From Thermotogota bacterium (GTDB lineage: Bacteria > Bipolaricaulota > Bipolaricaulia > UBA7950 > UBA9294): a stretch of DNA of 16,874 nt. The stretch covers positions 1 through 16,874 of the forward strand of contig JBDKUT010000154.1 of assembly GCA_039679545.1 (NCBI GenBank), in the 5' to 3' direction. Every line of letters starts with the position of its first letter. Positions within the stretch are counted from its first letter, which is position 1. The position numbers and the translations under genes were made by a program. This document shows positions 7,362 through 16,436 of the stretch, one piece after another. The notes under the pieces are model-generated. The model ran no database searches, had not been told where the DNA came from, and worked only from the letters and a program-made list of their open reading frames with translations.

Positions 7362-9103
7362 GGGCCGTCCGATGCGGCGCAGTTTGCCGCGGGCCGGAAG
7401 GTTGAGGCGAACTCGCGCAGGTTCGATCCGCCGATGAATTCCCGCAGGATCGAATTCTTCGGGATGTTCTCCGTGTGGTAGGGGTCGAACCAGCGCAAGA
7501 GGGCGAGCAGGCGTTCGGCCTCGATCCGATACTCCGGCTCGCGGACCTGGAGCAGGAGCGGCTCGACGAGCGGCTTGAGGACGGAGAGTTCGTAGCCGAG
7601 CGCCGAGTTGAACATGATGTCGGCGCCCTCTTGGTACGGGAAGATGTTGTCCTTCTCTCCCCTTCGGACGTTCTCCCACAGGGAGAGGGTTCCCGCGGCC
7701 TTGTACCCGCGGTAGAGGGCGTCGCGCACGATGCGGCGGATCAGGCGCGTGTCGGTCGTCGAGACGCGGTTGTGCATGTCCAAGTTGAGCTGGGTCAGGG
7801 CGCTGACGAAGATGCGGAATTGCCCGGCGACCGACGGGTCGACCGACAGCGAGGGATTGAGCCCGTGGATCCCCTCGACGAGGAGCATCTGGCTCCCCTC
7901 CAGTTGGACGGTGAGGCCGGACTCCCGCCGACCGGTGCGGAAGTCGTACCGAGGGAGACCGACGGGCTCCCCGGCAAGGAGCCGCGCGAGGTCGTCGCGG
8001 AGTCGATCGACATCGAGCGCGGACAGGGCATCGAAATCCGTCTGGTCGCCGAATCGGTCCTGGAGGACGTCGCGCGGGTAAAAATAGTCGTCCATCTCCA
8101 ACGGATAGGGATGAACGCCGTTGGCGAGGAGCTGGATCGCCAACCGCTTCGAGAATGTGGTCTTGCCGGACGCCGACGGTCCCGCGATGAACACGAGGCG
8201 CGTCCCCTCACGGAGCTTCCGAGCGAGGGTCGCCGCGATCTCGGCGATCCTCTTCTCGTGAAGGGCCTCGAAGACCAAGATGACTTGCTCGATTCGGCCG
8301 GTCCGGATCGCCTCATTCAGTGAGCCCACATCCCGCATACCGAGGAGCGACAACCACTCGCCGTACTCGTCGAACACCTCGCGCAGCGCCGTGAACTTCT
8401 GGGACGGGAGGAGCTTCGCGGAGTCCTCTCGCCGAGGGAATCGAAGGATGAACCCCTTCGGGAAGGGCTCTAGCGAGAACGTCCGCAGGACTCCGGTCGA
8501 GGGGACCATGTACCCGTAGAAGTAGTCCGAGACGCCGTTCAGGCTGTACAGGTGAAGGTGGTCGCCCTCCCGCTCGAGGAGCTGTTGGGCCTTCGCCTCT
8601 TCGCCACGCGCCGCGAAGAGCGCGCGAACCTCCTCGAACGAGAGCCGGCGACGCACGATCGGACGGTCCTCCCGGACGAGCTGCATCATCCGGGCCTTGA
8701 TTCGGTTAAGCTCGTCCGGTGTGAACGGCTCTCGGTTCTCCACGCGGCAGAAGTACCCGCCGTGGGGGACGGAGTAGTCGATGCGGACGCCCGCCTTGGG
8801 AAAGAGCTGGGACGCCACGACGACGAGCAGGAACGACAGGCTGCGGCTGTAGATGCGCATCCCGTCGGAATCCGAAAGAAGCACCGGAGTCGCTTCGGCG
8901 TCGCGCACGACCGACCACGCCAGCTCGCGCAGCTCGTCGTCCACGATCGCTGCGACGGGGGGATCCTCGGCGCCCGCGAACGCGACGCGGAACACCGCGT
9001 CGAGGGGGGTGCCCCGCGGCGCCTCGAAGGCTCGGCCGTCGGAGAGCAACACCTGCACGCGGTCCCGAAGCGGGGTCTCCCGGATGTCAGCTTCATCAGG
9101 CAT
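7358..9103 (-). CDS. Nucleoside (uridine) kinase with a threonyl-tRNA-synthetase-like N-terminal region
   Basis: N-terminal TGS/ThrRS-editing-like region (...DYFYGYMVPSTG). C-terminal P-loop AGPSASGKTTF, then MDDYF, VEGIHGLNP, RRIVRDALYRG and IFPYQE. RBS AGGAGG. Confidence 0.9.
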   Translation of the reverse strand: MPDEADIRETPLRDRVQVLLSDGRAFEAPRGTPLDAVFRVAFAGAEDPPVAAIVDDELRELAWSVVRDAEATPVLLSDSDGMRIYSRSLSFLLVVVASQLFPKAGVRIDYSVPHGGYFCRVENREPFTPDELNRIKARMMQLVREDRPIVRRRLSFEEVRALFAARGEEAKAQQLLEREGDHLHLYSLNGVSDYFYGYMVPSTGVLRTFSLEPFPKGFILRFPRREDSAKLLPSQKFTALREVFDEYGEWLSLLGMRDVGSLNEAIRTGRIEQVILVFEALHEKRIAEIAATLARKLREGTRLVFIAGPSASGKTTFSKRLAIQLLANGVHPYPLEMDDYFYPRDVLQDRFGDQTDFDALSALDVDRLRDDLARLLAGEPVGLPRYDFRTGRRESGLTVQLEGSQMLLVEGIHGLNPSLSVDPSVAGQFRIFVSALTQLNLDMHNRVSTTDTRLIRRIVRDALYRGYKAAGTLSLWENVRRGEKDNIFPYQEGADIMFNSALGYELSVLKPLVEPLLLQVREPEYRIEAERLLALLRWFDPYHTENIPKNSILREFIGGSNLREFASTFRPAANCAASDGP

Positions 9104-9146
9104 CGCGGCACAACCTCCTAGCGGGGCGGGCGATTCGGAACGGAAG

Positions 9147-10283
9147 CTACCTGCGCTCCGCGGTGTCCTCGAGGATGGGAAAGACCGTCTCTTGAATCGA
9201 CTGGGCGCTCTTCCGCAACGCCTCCATTACGCGATCGGGCGTCGGCGGAACGTCGGCCGGGCCGCGCAGGCGGGAGGCCGTGACGCCTCGCGCCGCCGCG
9301 GCCGTCATCCACGCCGCCGGGATCTCGTCCGGGAGCGTCTCACCGAGCATCGCGCCCCAGGTCAAGGCCCACGCGCGCACGACGTTGGCGACGTCGTAGC
9401 CTCCGCCTCCCAGCGCAAGCCATGGAGCGCCGACCGCCCGGAAACGCTCCACCGCTCGCTCGAAGCCTCGAAGCGTCATACGAAGGTTGGCCAGGAGGTC
9501 GCCGAGAACCGCGTCGGTCCCGAGCTGCGTGACCAGCACATCAGGACGGAAGAGCTCGATCGCGGGAAGGATGACCGACTCAAACGCCTCGTCGTACGCC
9601 TCATCCCCGGCGCCCGGAAGGAGCGGCAGGTTGATCGCGTAGCCTCGCCCCGCCCCTTGCCCGATCTCCTCCTCGAACCCTGTGCCCGGGAAGATGGTAT
9701 AGCCGGTCTGGTGGATCGAAATGGTCAGAACGTTGTTCTCTTCGTAGAACGCGTGCTGCACGCCGTCCCCGTGGTGCGCGTCGATGTCGACGTACGTGAC
9801 ACGTTTCCCCGCGGTGCGAAGCCGCTGGATGGCTAGGACTCCGTCGTTGACGTGGCAGAAACCGCTGGCCCGGTTCGGCATCGCGTGGTGCAACCCGCCG
9901 GCGAGGTTGAACGACCGGTCGACGTCGCGGTCCAAGAGAGCGGCGGCGGCGTCGATCGAGCCCCCGGCGACGAGCATCGCCCACTCGTACACGTCGGGGA
10001 AGACCGGGTTGTCGGTCGTCCCGAGGCCGTGCGAGAACTGGTTCGGAACCCACATCCCCGAACTGGCCAAACGGAGGGCCTCGAGATACCCCTGGGAATG
10101 GAAGCCAAGGGCCTCCGCCTCCGTTGCCTCGCGCAGGCCGATTACGCGAACGTCGTCTCGATCGATCAGACCGTAGGCTTGGAGGAGTTCGAACGTAAGC
10201 GCTAGGCGGTGGACTTTGAACGGATGTGCCGGTCCGAAATCGAACCGGCTCAGGCGCTCAGGATCCACCAGGACTTTGATCAT
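9147..10283 (-). CDS. acuC: Zn-dependent deacetylase, AcuC/class I HDAC-like
   Basis: Probable ATG at 10283 behind GGAGAGG. Motifs FDFGPAHPF, GGLHHA, SGFC, DIDAHHGDGVQ, FPGTG, QLGTD and GGGGY. Confidence 0.88.
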   Translation of the reverse strand: MIKVLVDPERLSRFDFGPAHPFKVHRLALTFELLQAYGLIDRDDVRVIGLREATEAEALGFHSQGYLEALRLASSGMWVPNQFSHGLGTTDNPVFPDVYEWAMLVAGGSIDAAAALLDRDVDRSFNLAGGLHHAMPNRASGFCHVNDGVLAIQRLRTAGKRVTYVDIDAHHGDGVQHAFYEENNVLTISIHQTGYTIFPGTGFEEEIGQGAGRGYAINLPLLPGAGDEAYDEAFESVILPAIELFRPDVLVTQLGTDAVLGDLLANLRMTLRGFERAVERFRAVGAPWLALGGGGYDVANVVRAWALTWGAMLGETLPDEIPAAWMTAAAARGVTASRLRGPADVPPTPDRVMEALRKSAQSIQETVFPILEDTAERR

Positions 10284-10339
10284 CGCCTCTCCAACCCGGC
10301 ATGGTATCGCCCCGGCCGCCGAGGTGCCACTCCTCTCGG

Positions 10340-11317
10340 TCAGAACGCCCACACCTCGTAGACATCGCTTGAGTCAAGGTCCCACGGCGAGCATCCGAGG
10401 GGCAGGTACCCGTCGGTTGCGGTCTCGGCGATCGCGTAGCGGACCCCGTCGATCTCGACGACGTCCGAGCAGGAGAGCGCCGCTTCCTGTTGCGACGTGA
10501 CCGGGACGAGGCCGAGGACGTGGTCGGGAGTCCCGTCGGCATCCGTGTCGACGAAGGCGATGCTCGCGTGGACTCCCTTCCCGCGGAGGAGGCTCACGAA
10601 CAGAATGGTCGAGTCTTCGCAATCCCCCACGCCGTCGACGAGGGTCTCGAGCGGGTACAGGGGCCACTCTTGACCACTCGGGTCCGCCTTGTAGGTGATC
10701 GCGCCCTGGCAGAAGAAGAGCGTGCACTCGATGAACGCGTCGACGTCCTCCCCCGATCGCTCCCACAGAAGTGTTGAGTAGTCCTCGATCGTCGGATCGT
10801 CGAGGGGATCCTCGACGTAGTACCCGTAGTCGAACTCCTCCTCGGCGCTCGTTCGGATTCGGTCTCGATACATCCGGTACAGGTTCCACGGGACGAGGAG
10901 ATCCCAGTACTGGGTCTCGTCGGCGTATTGCCACTCGAAGCGCTCCATGACGTAGCCGGCGGGGATCGTCCCCACGGTGACACTGACGGAGGCTGTGTCG
11001 GTCTCGCCATCCTCGTCGGCGACCGAGAGCGAGATCGTATGGTCGCCGGCCGAAAGCGTGACCTGGCCGGACTCTTCCACGAGGGGATCGCCCGCGTCGA
11101 CGGTCCAGACGTAGGACAATGTGTCGCCGTCGAGGTCGTAGCTCTGGCCTGCGTCGACGTGGACGACAAGGGGCTCGTACCCCTCCTGCGGGCGAACGTC
11201 GGCGACCGCGACCGGGGCACGGTTCGCCGCCGGAGAACAGCCGGTGAGGAAGACGAGAAGCGTCACAACGAGCGAGAGGCCGATTCGCAAAGGCACCTTC
11301 CTGCAAGGGTTTGGCAT
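10340..11317 (-). CDS. Lipoprotein with a PKD-like domain and a transglutaminase-like Cys domain
   Basis: Probable ATG at 11317 just after a promoter. Lipobox LTGC, PKD-like segment (NRAPVA...SYDLDGDTLSYVW...HTISLSVADEDG), then PLETLVDGVGDCED and a downstream His (PDHV). Confidence 0.82.
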   Translation of the reverse strand: MPNPCRKVPLRIGLSLVVTLLVFLTGCSPAANRAPVAVADVRPQEGYEPLVVHVDAGQSYDLDGDTLSYVWTVDAGDPLVEESGQVTLSAGDHTISLSVADEDGETDTASVSVTVGTIPAGYVMERFEWQYADETQYWDLLVPWNLYRMYRDRIRTSAEEEFDYGYYVEDPLDDPTIEDYSTLLWERSGEDVDAFIECTLFFCQGAITYKADPSGQEWPLYPLETLVDGVGDCEDSTILFVSLLRGKGVHASIAFVDTDADGTPDHVLGLVPVTSQQEAALSCSDVVEIDGVRYAIAETATDGYLPLGCSPWDLDSSDVYEVWAF

Positions 11318-11327
11318 TGCGGGGCCG

Positions 11328-11356
11328 ATTGTATCGGGGGTTCTCGGGGGCGTCAA
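11328..11356 (-). promoter_or_regulatory. Sigma70 promoter of the lipoprotein-acuC-kinase-NIF3-xth run
   Basis: Minus strand TTGACG (11356-11351), 17-nt spacer, TACAAT (11333-11328), 10 nt before ATG. Confidence 0.8.
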
Positions 11357-11503
11357 TCCGTATAACGGCCTTCTGTTCTTTGTTCTGATGCTCATCGAGG
11401 TTCGGTCCTTCACACCCTGCACTCGTCTACGACGAGGCAAGTCGTGGCCCAGTCGAGACCCTCGCGTGGGCAGCCGCCGGGAGGTCGGGACGGAAGGCGA
11501 GGA

Positions 11504-11533
11504 TCGCCTTCCCCGATTGGGCTCACGTATACT
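11504..11533 (+). promoter_or_regulatory. Putative promoter of the S55 peptidase-murF unit
   Basis: TATACT at 11528-11533 with a weak -35 (TCGCCT, 18-nt spacer). AGGGGG RBS then ATG at 11573. Confidence 0.5.
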
Positions 11534-11572
11534 GTTCCGCCGCGGCGTGCGGCAGGACGAAGGGGGAACCTC

Positions 11573-13411
11573 ATGCGACGTGCAGCGTGGATCGTCGGGT
11601 GGGTGCTTGTGCTCTCGGCCGTCTCGGCGGCGGGGTACGAGCGCAGCGAGTTCCTGTTCCTCGACGAGATCCGGATCGGCATGACAGGGATCGGCAAGAC
11701 GGTCGTATCTTCAGACACGATCAGCGAGTTCGCGGTTGAGGTTCTCGGCATCATCGACGAGCCCGGCACGCTCTCCGACTTCATCGTGGTGCGCGTCAGC
11801 GGCGAAGCGATCGGCCGCTCGGGCGGAATCGCGCAGGGAATGAGTGGCAGCCCAGTCTACATCGGGGGGAAGCTGATCGGCGCGCTGAGCCGAGCCGCGA
11901 CGTGGTCGAAGGAAATCACGCCGATCGGGCTGGTCACGCCGATCGAGCCGATGCTCGAGGTCCTCGATTCGGTGAAGTCGTCGGGCTGGGTGGCGACCCC
12001 GGATCCTTCGGCCGTTCTTGAGGGTGTGGCGGTCGTGGAGTACCCCTCTCCGCCGGCGTTCGCTCAGCTTGCGCGTGCGGATCTGATCATCGCCTATCCC
12101 GTCGCGACCCCGCTCGTGGTCTCGGGTCTCAGCGGACGCGCGGCCGACGCCCTGATGAATGGGCTGGATCCCGCCTCTCGTCCGACGGGGACGATCTTCG
12201 ACGCCCTCCCGGGGCGAGGCTTCGGCGCAGGAGTCATGCAGGGGCTTTCGGCGTTGAACCTCTCTCTTCTTCCGTTCGGCGCGCCGAAGTCGACGACAGG
12301 AGGCGCGGCCCCAACGGCCACGCTCGTTCCCGGCGGATCGATGGGGATCGCCCTCGCCACCGGCGACATCACGATGGGAGCGCTCGGCACCGTGACCTAC
12401 TGCGACGGCGACGCGGTCATCGGGTTCGGACACCCGTTTTTCTCGAACGGCGCGTCTGCGATGCCGCTGACGGCCGTGTCCATCTTCGACACGATGAAGT
12501 CGTTCGAAGCGTCCTTCAAGCTTGGCGAACTGGGAAGCGTCATCGGGGTGATCACCCAGGATCGCTCCGCCGCCGTCGGAGGTCGGGTCGGTGGCACGGC
12601 GAAGACCGTCGGGCTGCACTACGAGGTCCACGATCTCAACCGGAAGAGCGGGGAGGCGTTTAACGTCGCCCTGGTGGACGTGCCGCGCCTGATGCCGGAG
12701 CTTCTCTTCTCGTCCGGACTCGAGGCGGCCGACCTCGCCCTGGATCGGGTCGGTCCGGGGACGGTCGAGGTCACCTACGTGATTCAGGGCACGGGCATGC
12801 CGACGCTTGAGCGCAAGGACGTCTTCCTGAGCGTCACGGATGTGGGGATCTACGCCCCGTGGCAGCTTGCGGAGATCGTGGCTGCGCTCCAGTACAACGA
12901 GTTCCGAGATCCCGAGATCACGCGGATCTCGGCCTCGATGGAGATCGACCAGAACCTCCGAGCGGTCCAGATTGAGGGACTCGAGCTCGACTCGGACGCC
13001 TACGCGCCGGGCGACACGATCCGGTTCAAGCTGACGCTCCAGACGTTCCAGGGCGATCGCAGCGACCTCGAGGGGACCCTCGTCGTTCCGCCGACCCTCG
13101 ACGCAGACTACCTCGTCGTTCGCGCCTACGGCGGACCGCGGCGGATCGAAGCGGGGGAGCAGCCGCGGATCTTCGAGGGTCTGGAGGACCTTGTCGAGAC
13201 GATCGCGGAGCTTCCGTCCTACGAACTCCTGACCGTCGAGCTGTTCGCGATCGACCCGTACTCGCCGAAGGCCGAGGCGTTGTTCGGCGTGACGAAGCTG
13301 ACGCGCGAGTTCCCCGGCCACGTCGTCTACGACACCCGTGAGGCAACCGCCGTTCTGATCGTCGCGAGCGGAGACGAGGACGCCGGGTCGACCGGCGGTG
13401 CGAACTGGTAG
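11573..13411 (+). CDS. SpoIVB peptidase S55 domain-containing secreted protein (612 aa)
   Basis: Signal peptide MRRAAWIVGWVLVLSAVSAA. Motifs GMTGIGKTV, GGIAQGMSGSPVYIGGKLIGAL (S55 Ser motif), GTVTY and FGHPF. Confidence 0.88.
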   Translation: MRRAAWIVGWVLVLSAVSAAGYERSEFLFLDEIRIGMTGIGKTVVSSDTISEFAVEVLGIIDEPGTLSDFIVVRVSGEAIGRSGGIAQGMSGSPVYIGGKLIGALSRAATWSKEITPIGLVTPIEPMLEVLDSVKSSGWVATPDPSAVLEGVAVVEYPSPPAFAQLARADLIIAYPVATPLVVSGLSGRAADALMNGLDPASRPTGTIFDALPGRGFGAGVMQGLSALNLSLLPFGAPKSTTGGAAPTATLVPGGSMGIALATGDITMGALGTVTYCDGDAVIGFGHPFFSNGASAMPLTAVSIFDTMKSFEASFKLGELGSVIGVITQDRSAAVGGRVGGTAKTVGLHYEVHDLNRKSGEAFNVALVDVPRLMPELLFSSGLEAADLALDRVGPGTVEVTYVIQGTGMPTLERKDVFLSVTDVGIYAPWQLAEIVAALQYNEFRDPEITRISASMEIDQNLRAVQIEGLELDSDAYAPGDTIRFKLTLQTFQGDRSDLEGTLVVPPTLDADYLVVRAYGGPRRIEAGEQPRIFEGLEDLVETIAELPSYELLTVELFAIDPYSPKAEALFGVTKLTREFPGHVVYDTREATAVLIVASGDEDAGSTGGANW

Positions 13412-13416
13412 GCGGC

Positions 13417-14781
13417 GTGTTCTCGATCCGTGACCTTGCCGCGAGCGCCGGAGGAAAGGTACTCCGTTCCGGCGAAGGTACGCCGACCGGCTGCGCCGTC
13501 GACTCGCGCCGCGTCACGGCCGGCGACGTCTTCTTTGCGCTGCCGGGGGCGAGGACGGACGGGCACGCGTTTCTTGACGATGCCTTCCGTCGCGGCGCTG
13601 TCGCCGCCGTCGTTCTTCCTTCGAGGCCGCTTCCGCCGTCCGCACGGAACGTCATTGTCGTGGCCGACGTCCTCGCGGCGCTGCATGCGGTCGCTCGAGC
13701 GTGGAGAGCGCGCTTCCGCATCCCCCTCGTAGCGATCACCGGGAGCAACGGAAAGACGACAACCCGAAACCTCCTCACCCACCTGCTTGACGGGTCGTTC
13801 GTCGTCTACTCGCCACCCGAGAACTACAACAGCGAGATCGGCCTTCCGGCCGCCCTCGCCTCGATGCCGGCCGAGACCCAGGTGGGAGTGTTCGAGCTCG
13901 GCGCGGAGAAACCGGGCGATATCGCGTCGCTCGCCGACCTCCTTGGCCCGACGTCGGCGGTGGTGACGTCGGTCGGCGAGAGCCACCTCGGCGGCCTCGG
14001 GTCGCTCGACGCGGTCGCGGCCGAAAAGTGGAGCCTTGTGGATGCGCTGCCCGCGGACGGGCCGGCCTTTGTGAACGTCGACTCGTCGCCGTTGCGCGCG
14101 CTCGCCGTCGCCTCGTCCCGTCCGGGACTCGTCACCGTGGGGCTCGAAGATGGCGCGGTGCGAGGCCGATTGGTTCGCGCTGTTCCGAGTCTCGAGGTCG
14201 AGGTCGCCGATCCTCCCCTCCGACTCTCGACTCCGCTGCTCGGCGCGCACAACGCCACGAACCTTCTCTTAGCCGCCGCGTGTGCACACCGAATGGAAGT
14301 TCCGCTCCACCGAATCGAGGAGCGGGCAACCACGTTCGCTCTGGTCCCGCACCGGATGCAGCCCCGCGGCGCCCGGTTCGGCGTGATCCTCGACGACACG
14401 TACAACGCGAACCCGTCCTCGATGACGGCCGCACTCGACGTGCTGGCGGCCTACGGCGGCGCCGGGGCACGGCGGGTCTTCGTGTATGGCGACATGTCGG
14501 GCCTCGGGAGCATCGAGACGGCGCGTCACCGCGAGATCGCCGAGCTTGCGGCGCGGTTGGGGATCGACGAGGTCTACCCGGTCGGGGAGCGGGCGACCGC
14601 CGCGTGCCGGGCGACGACCTCGCTACCAGCCACGTTCGTCGTGCGGGAGCTCCTCGCGTCGCACGTTGCGGAGCGGCTGAAAGGTCAACGGAACGCCGTC
14701 GTCTTGGTCAAGGGATCGCACGACGTCGGCCTCGACCGATTCGTCGAGGACCTGCTTCAGGCTTCGTCTTCGCCGACGTAG
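13417..14781 (+). CDS. murF: UDP-N-acetylmuramoyl-tripeptide--D-alanyl-D-alanine ligase (MurF family)
   Basis: Motifs DSRRV...FFALPGARTDGH, AITGSNGKTTT, NYNSEIGLP, GAHNATN, DDTYNANPSSM, GDM and VLVKGS. Confidence 0.93.
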   Translation: MFSIRDLAASAGGKVLRSGEGTPTGCAVDSRRVTAGDVFFALPGARTDGHAFLDDAFRRGAVAAVVLPSRPLPPSARNVIVVADVLAALHAVARAWRARFRIPLVAITGSNGKTTTRNLLTHLLDGSFVVYSPPENYNSEIGLPAALASMPAETQVGVFELGAEKPGDIASLADLLGPTSAVVTSVGESHLGGLGSLDAVAAEKWSLVDALPADGPAFVNVDSSPLRALAVASSRPGLVTVGLEDGAVRGRLVRAVPSLEVEVADPPLRLSTPLLGAHNATNLLLAAACAHRMEVPLHRIEERATTFALVPHRMQPRGARFGVILDDTYNANPSSMTAALDVLAAYGGAGARRVFVYGDMSGLGSIETARHREIAELAARLGIDEVYPVGERATAACRATTSLPATFVVRELLASHVAERLKGQRNAVVLVKGSHDVGLDRFVEDLLQASSSPT

Positions 14782-16436
14782 AGGGGCACGATCTCAAAGC
14801 GGTCGACGTCGACCAGTCCCCGGTCGGTGAGCTTGAGGTGGGGAATCGCCGGCAGCGCGAGGAACGACAGTGTCATGAACGTGCTGGGAAGGCGCGAGCC
14901 GAGCTCGTGCGCGGCGGCCTCAAGCCTCGCCTCGGCCGCAGCGACCCTGTCGACCGACAGGGTCGACATCAGTCCGGCGATCGGCAGCGCAAGCTCCGCG
15001 AGGATTCGATCGGCGTCGGCCACAACCTGGCCTCCCTCCAGCTCGGCGAGCCGCCGCACGGCCGTTGCCATGGCGGCGTCGCTCGCTCCGACGACGACCA
15101 CGTTGTGGCTGTCGTGGGCGACGGTCGACGCGACGGCGCCGCTCTGGAGCCCGAACCCGCGTACGAGCCCGAGCCCGACCCTGCCCGAGCCGTGGTGTCG
15201 CTCGACGACGGCGATCTTGAGGAGGTCGCGAGGCGGATCCGCGGTGATCTCTCCCTCCGCCACGCGTGGGGCGACGTGATCCTCGTCCGTCGTGAGTCCT
15301 TCGGGGTGGGCCGCGAGAACGCGGACGGCGCCGACGCGCGGCGCCGGGATGCGAAACGCGTCGCTCCCGAGCTGGACGTTCATGGTTCCTCGTAGATTGC
15401 GGACGCACGCCGAAGCGAGGGATGCGGACACTGCTCCATCTTCAACGACGCGACTCCCCGCGACGTAGACGTCACGAACGTCGAACGCCTCGAGGCTCGT
15501 GAGAACGAGGAGGTCGGCCGCGTACCCGGGCGCGATCGCGCCGACCCCGGCGATCCCGTACGCCCGTGCGGCGTGGATCGTCGCGGCGGCGACGGCCGTC
15601 TCGGGCGCAACGCCCGCGGTAATCGCGCGGCGGACCATGCCGTCGATGTGTCCCTCGCGCACGATGGTCTCGGCGTGCCGATCGTCGGTGCAGAAGTGGA
15701 CGAACGGCGCACTTCGCGCGTTGAGGAGCGGGAGAAGGGCGTCGAGGTTGCGCGCTGCCGAGCCTTCGCGAATCAGGATGTGCATCCCGGCGGCAAGCTT
15801 CTCCTGCGCCTCCGCGAGCGTCGAGCACTCGTGGTCCGTGCGCGGGCCGGCGGCGATGTAGGCGGAGAGCGCGTCGCCCGACAGGCCGGGAGCGTGGCCG
15901 TCGATCGGGCGACCGTGAGCGGCGCGCAGCTTCGCGGACAGGTCGGGGTCGTTGCGGAGGACGCCGGGGTAATTCATCACCTCGCCGAGGCCGAGGATGC
16001 GATCCCACGTGAGGAGGCGGTCCACCTCGTCCGCGTCGAGCACAGCTCCTGGGGAGTCGAACGGGCTCGCCGGCACACACGACGGGACCATGAAGAAGAC
16101 GCGGAGGGGGAGTTTCTCTGTCGCGTCGAGCATGTAGCGGATTCCCTCTGTGCCGAGGACGTTGGCGATCTCGTGGGGGTCGGCGACGACCGTCGTGGTG
16201 CCGTGTGCGAGAACGGCGCGTGTGAACGATGCCGGCGAGAGCTGCGAACTCTCGATGTGGACGTGGGTGTCGACAAGACCGGGAACCAGAATGGTTCCGG
16301 CGACATCGACCACCCGACGCGCGTCTCCGCCAAAACCGAGCACGCGGCCGCCGCCGACGAGGACGTCGACCGTGCGGAGCCGGCCCGAGAAGACGTCGAG
16401 AACCCGGCCGCCCCGCAGGCAGAGGTCGCCCCTCAT
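14757..16436 (-). CDS. ade: Adenine deaminase
   Basis: Motifs PGLVDTHVHIESS, ADPHEIANVLG, GLGEVMN, DGHAP, DHEC, REGS, CTDD, AHDSHN and LPIAGLMS. Confidence 0.96.
   Translation of the reverse strand: MRGDLCLRGGRVLDVFSGRLRTVDVLVGGGRVLGFGGDARRVVDVAGTILVPGLVDTHVHIESSQLSPASFTRAVLAHGTTTVVADPHEIANVLGTEGIRYMLDATEKLPLRVFFMVPSCVPASPFDSPGAVLDADEVDRLLTWDRILGLGEVMNYPGVLRNDPDLSAKLRAAHGRPIDGHAPGLSGDALSAYIAAGPRTDHECSTLAEAQEKLAAGMHILIREGSAARNLDALLPLLNARSAPFVHFCTDDRHAETIVREGHIDGMVRRAITAGVAPETAVAAATIHAARAYGIAGVGAIAPGYAADLLVLTSLEAFDVRDVYVAGSRVVEDGAVSASLASACVRNLRGTMNVQLGSDAFRIPAPRVGAVRVLAAHPEGLTTDEDHVAPRVAEGEITADPPRDLLKIAVVERHHGSGRVGLGLVRGFGLQSGAVASTVAHDSHNVVVVGASDAAMATAVRRLAELEGGQVVADADRILAELALPIAGLMSTLSVDRVAAAEARLEAAAHELGSRLPSTFMTLSFLALPAIPHLKLTDRGLVDVDRFEIVPLYVGEDEA

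Noticed and set aside
7362..7679. N-terminal extensions in the ORF track (NIF3-like; also acuC 10284-10352, lipoprotein 11318-11440, S55 11444-11572, receiver 3859-3915)
   Set aside because: They overlap neighbouring genes or promoters. Downstream starts have better RBS, promoter or signal-peptide support.
11711..13321. Long antisense ORFs (e.g. 536 aa here, and similar ones opposite the other genes)
   Set aside because: They are shadow frames of real genes, caused by the scarcity of stop codons at high GC.
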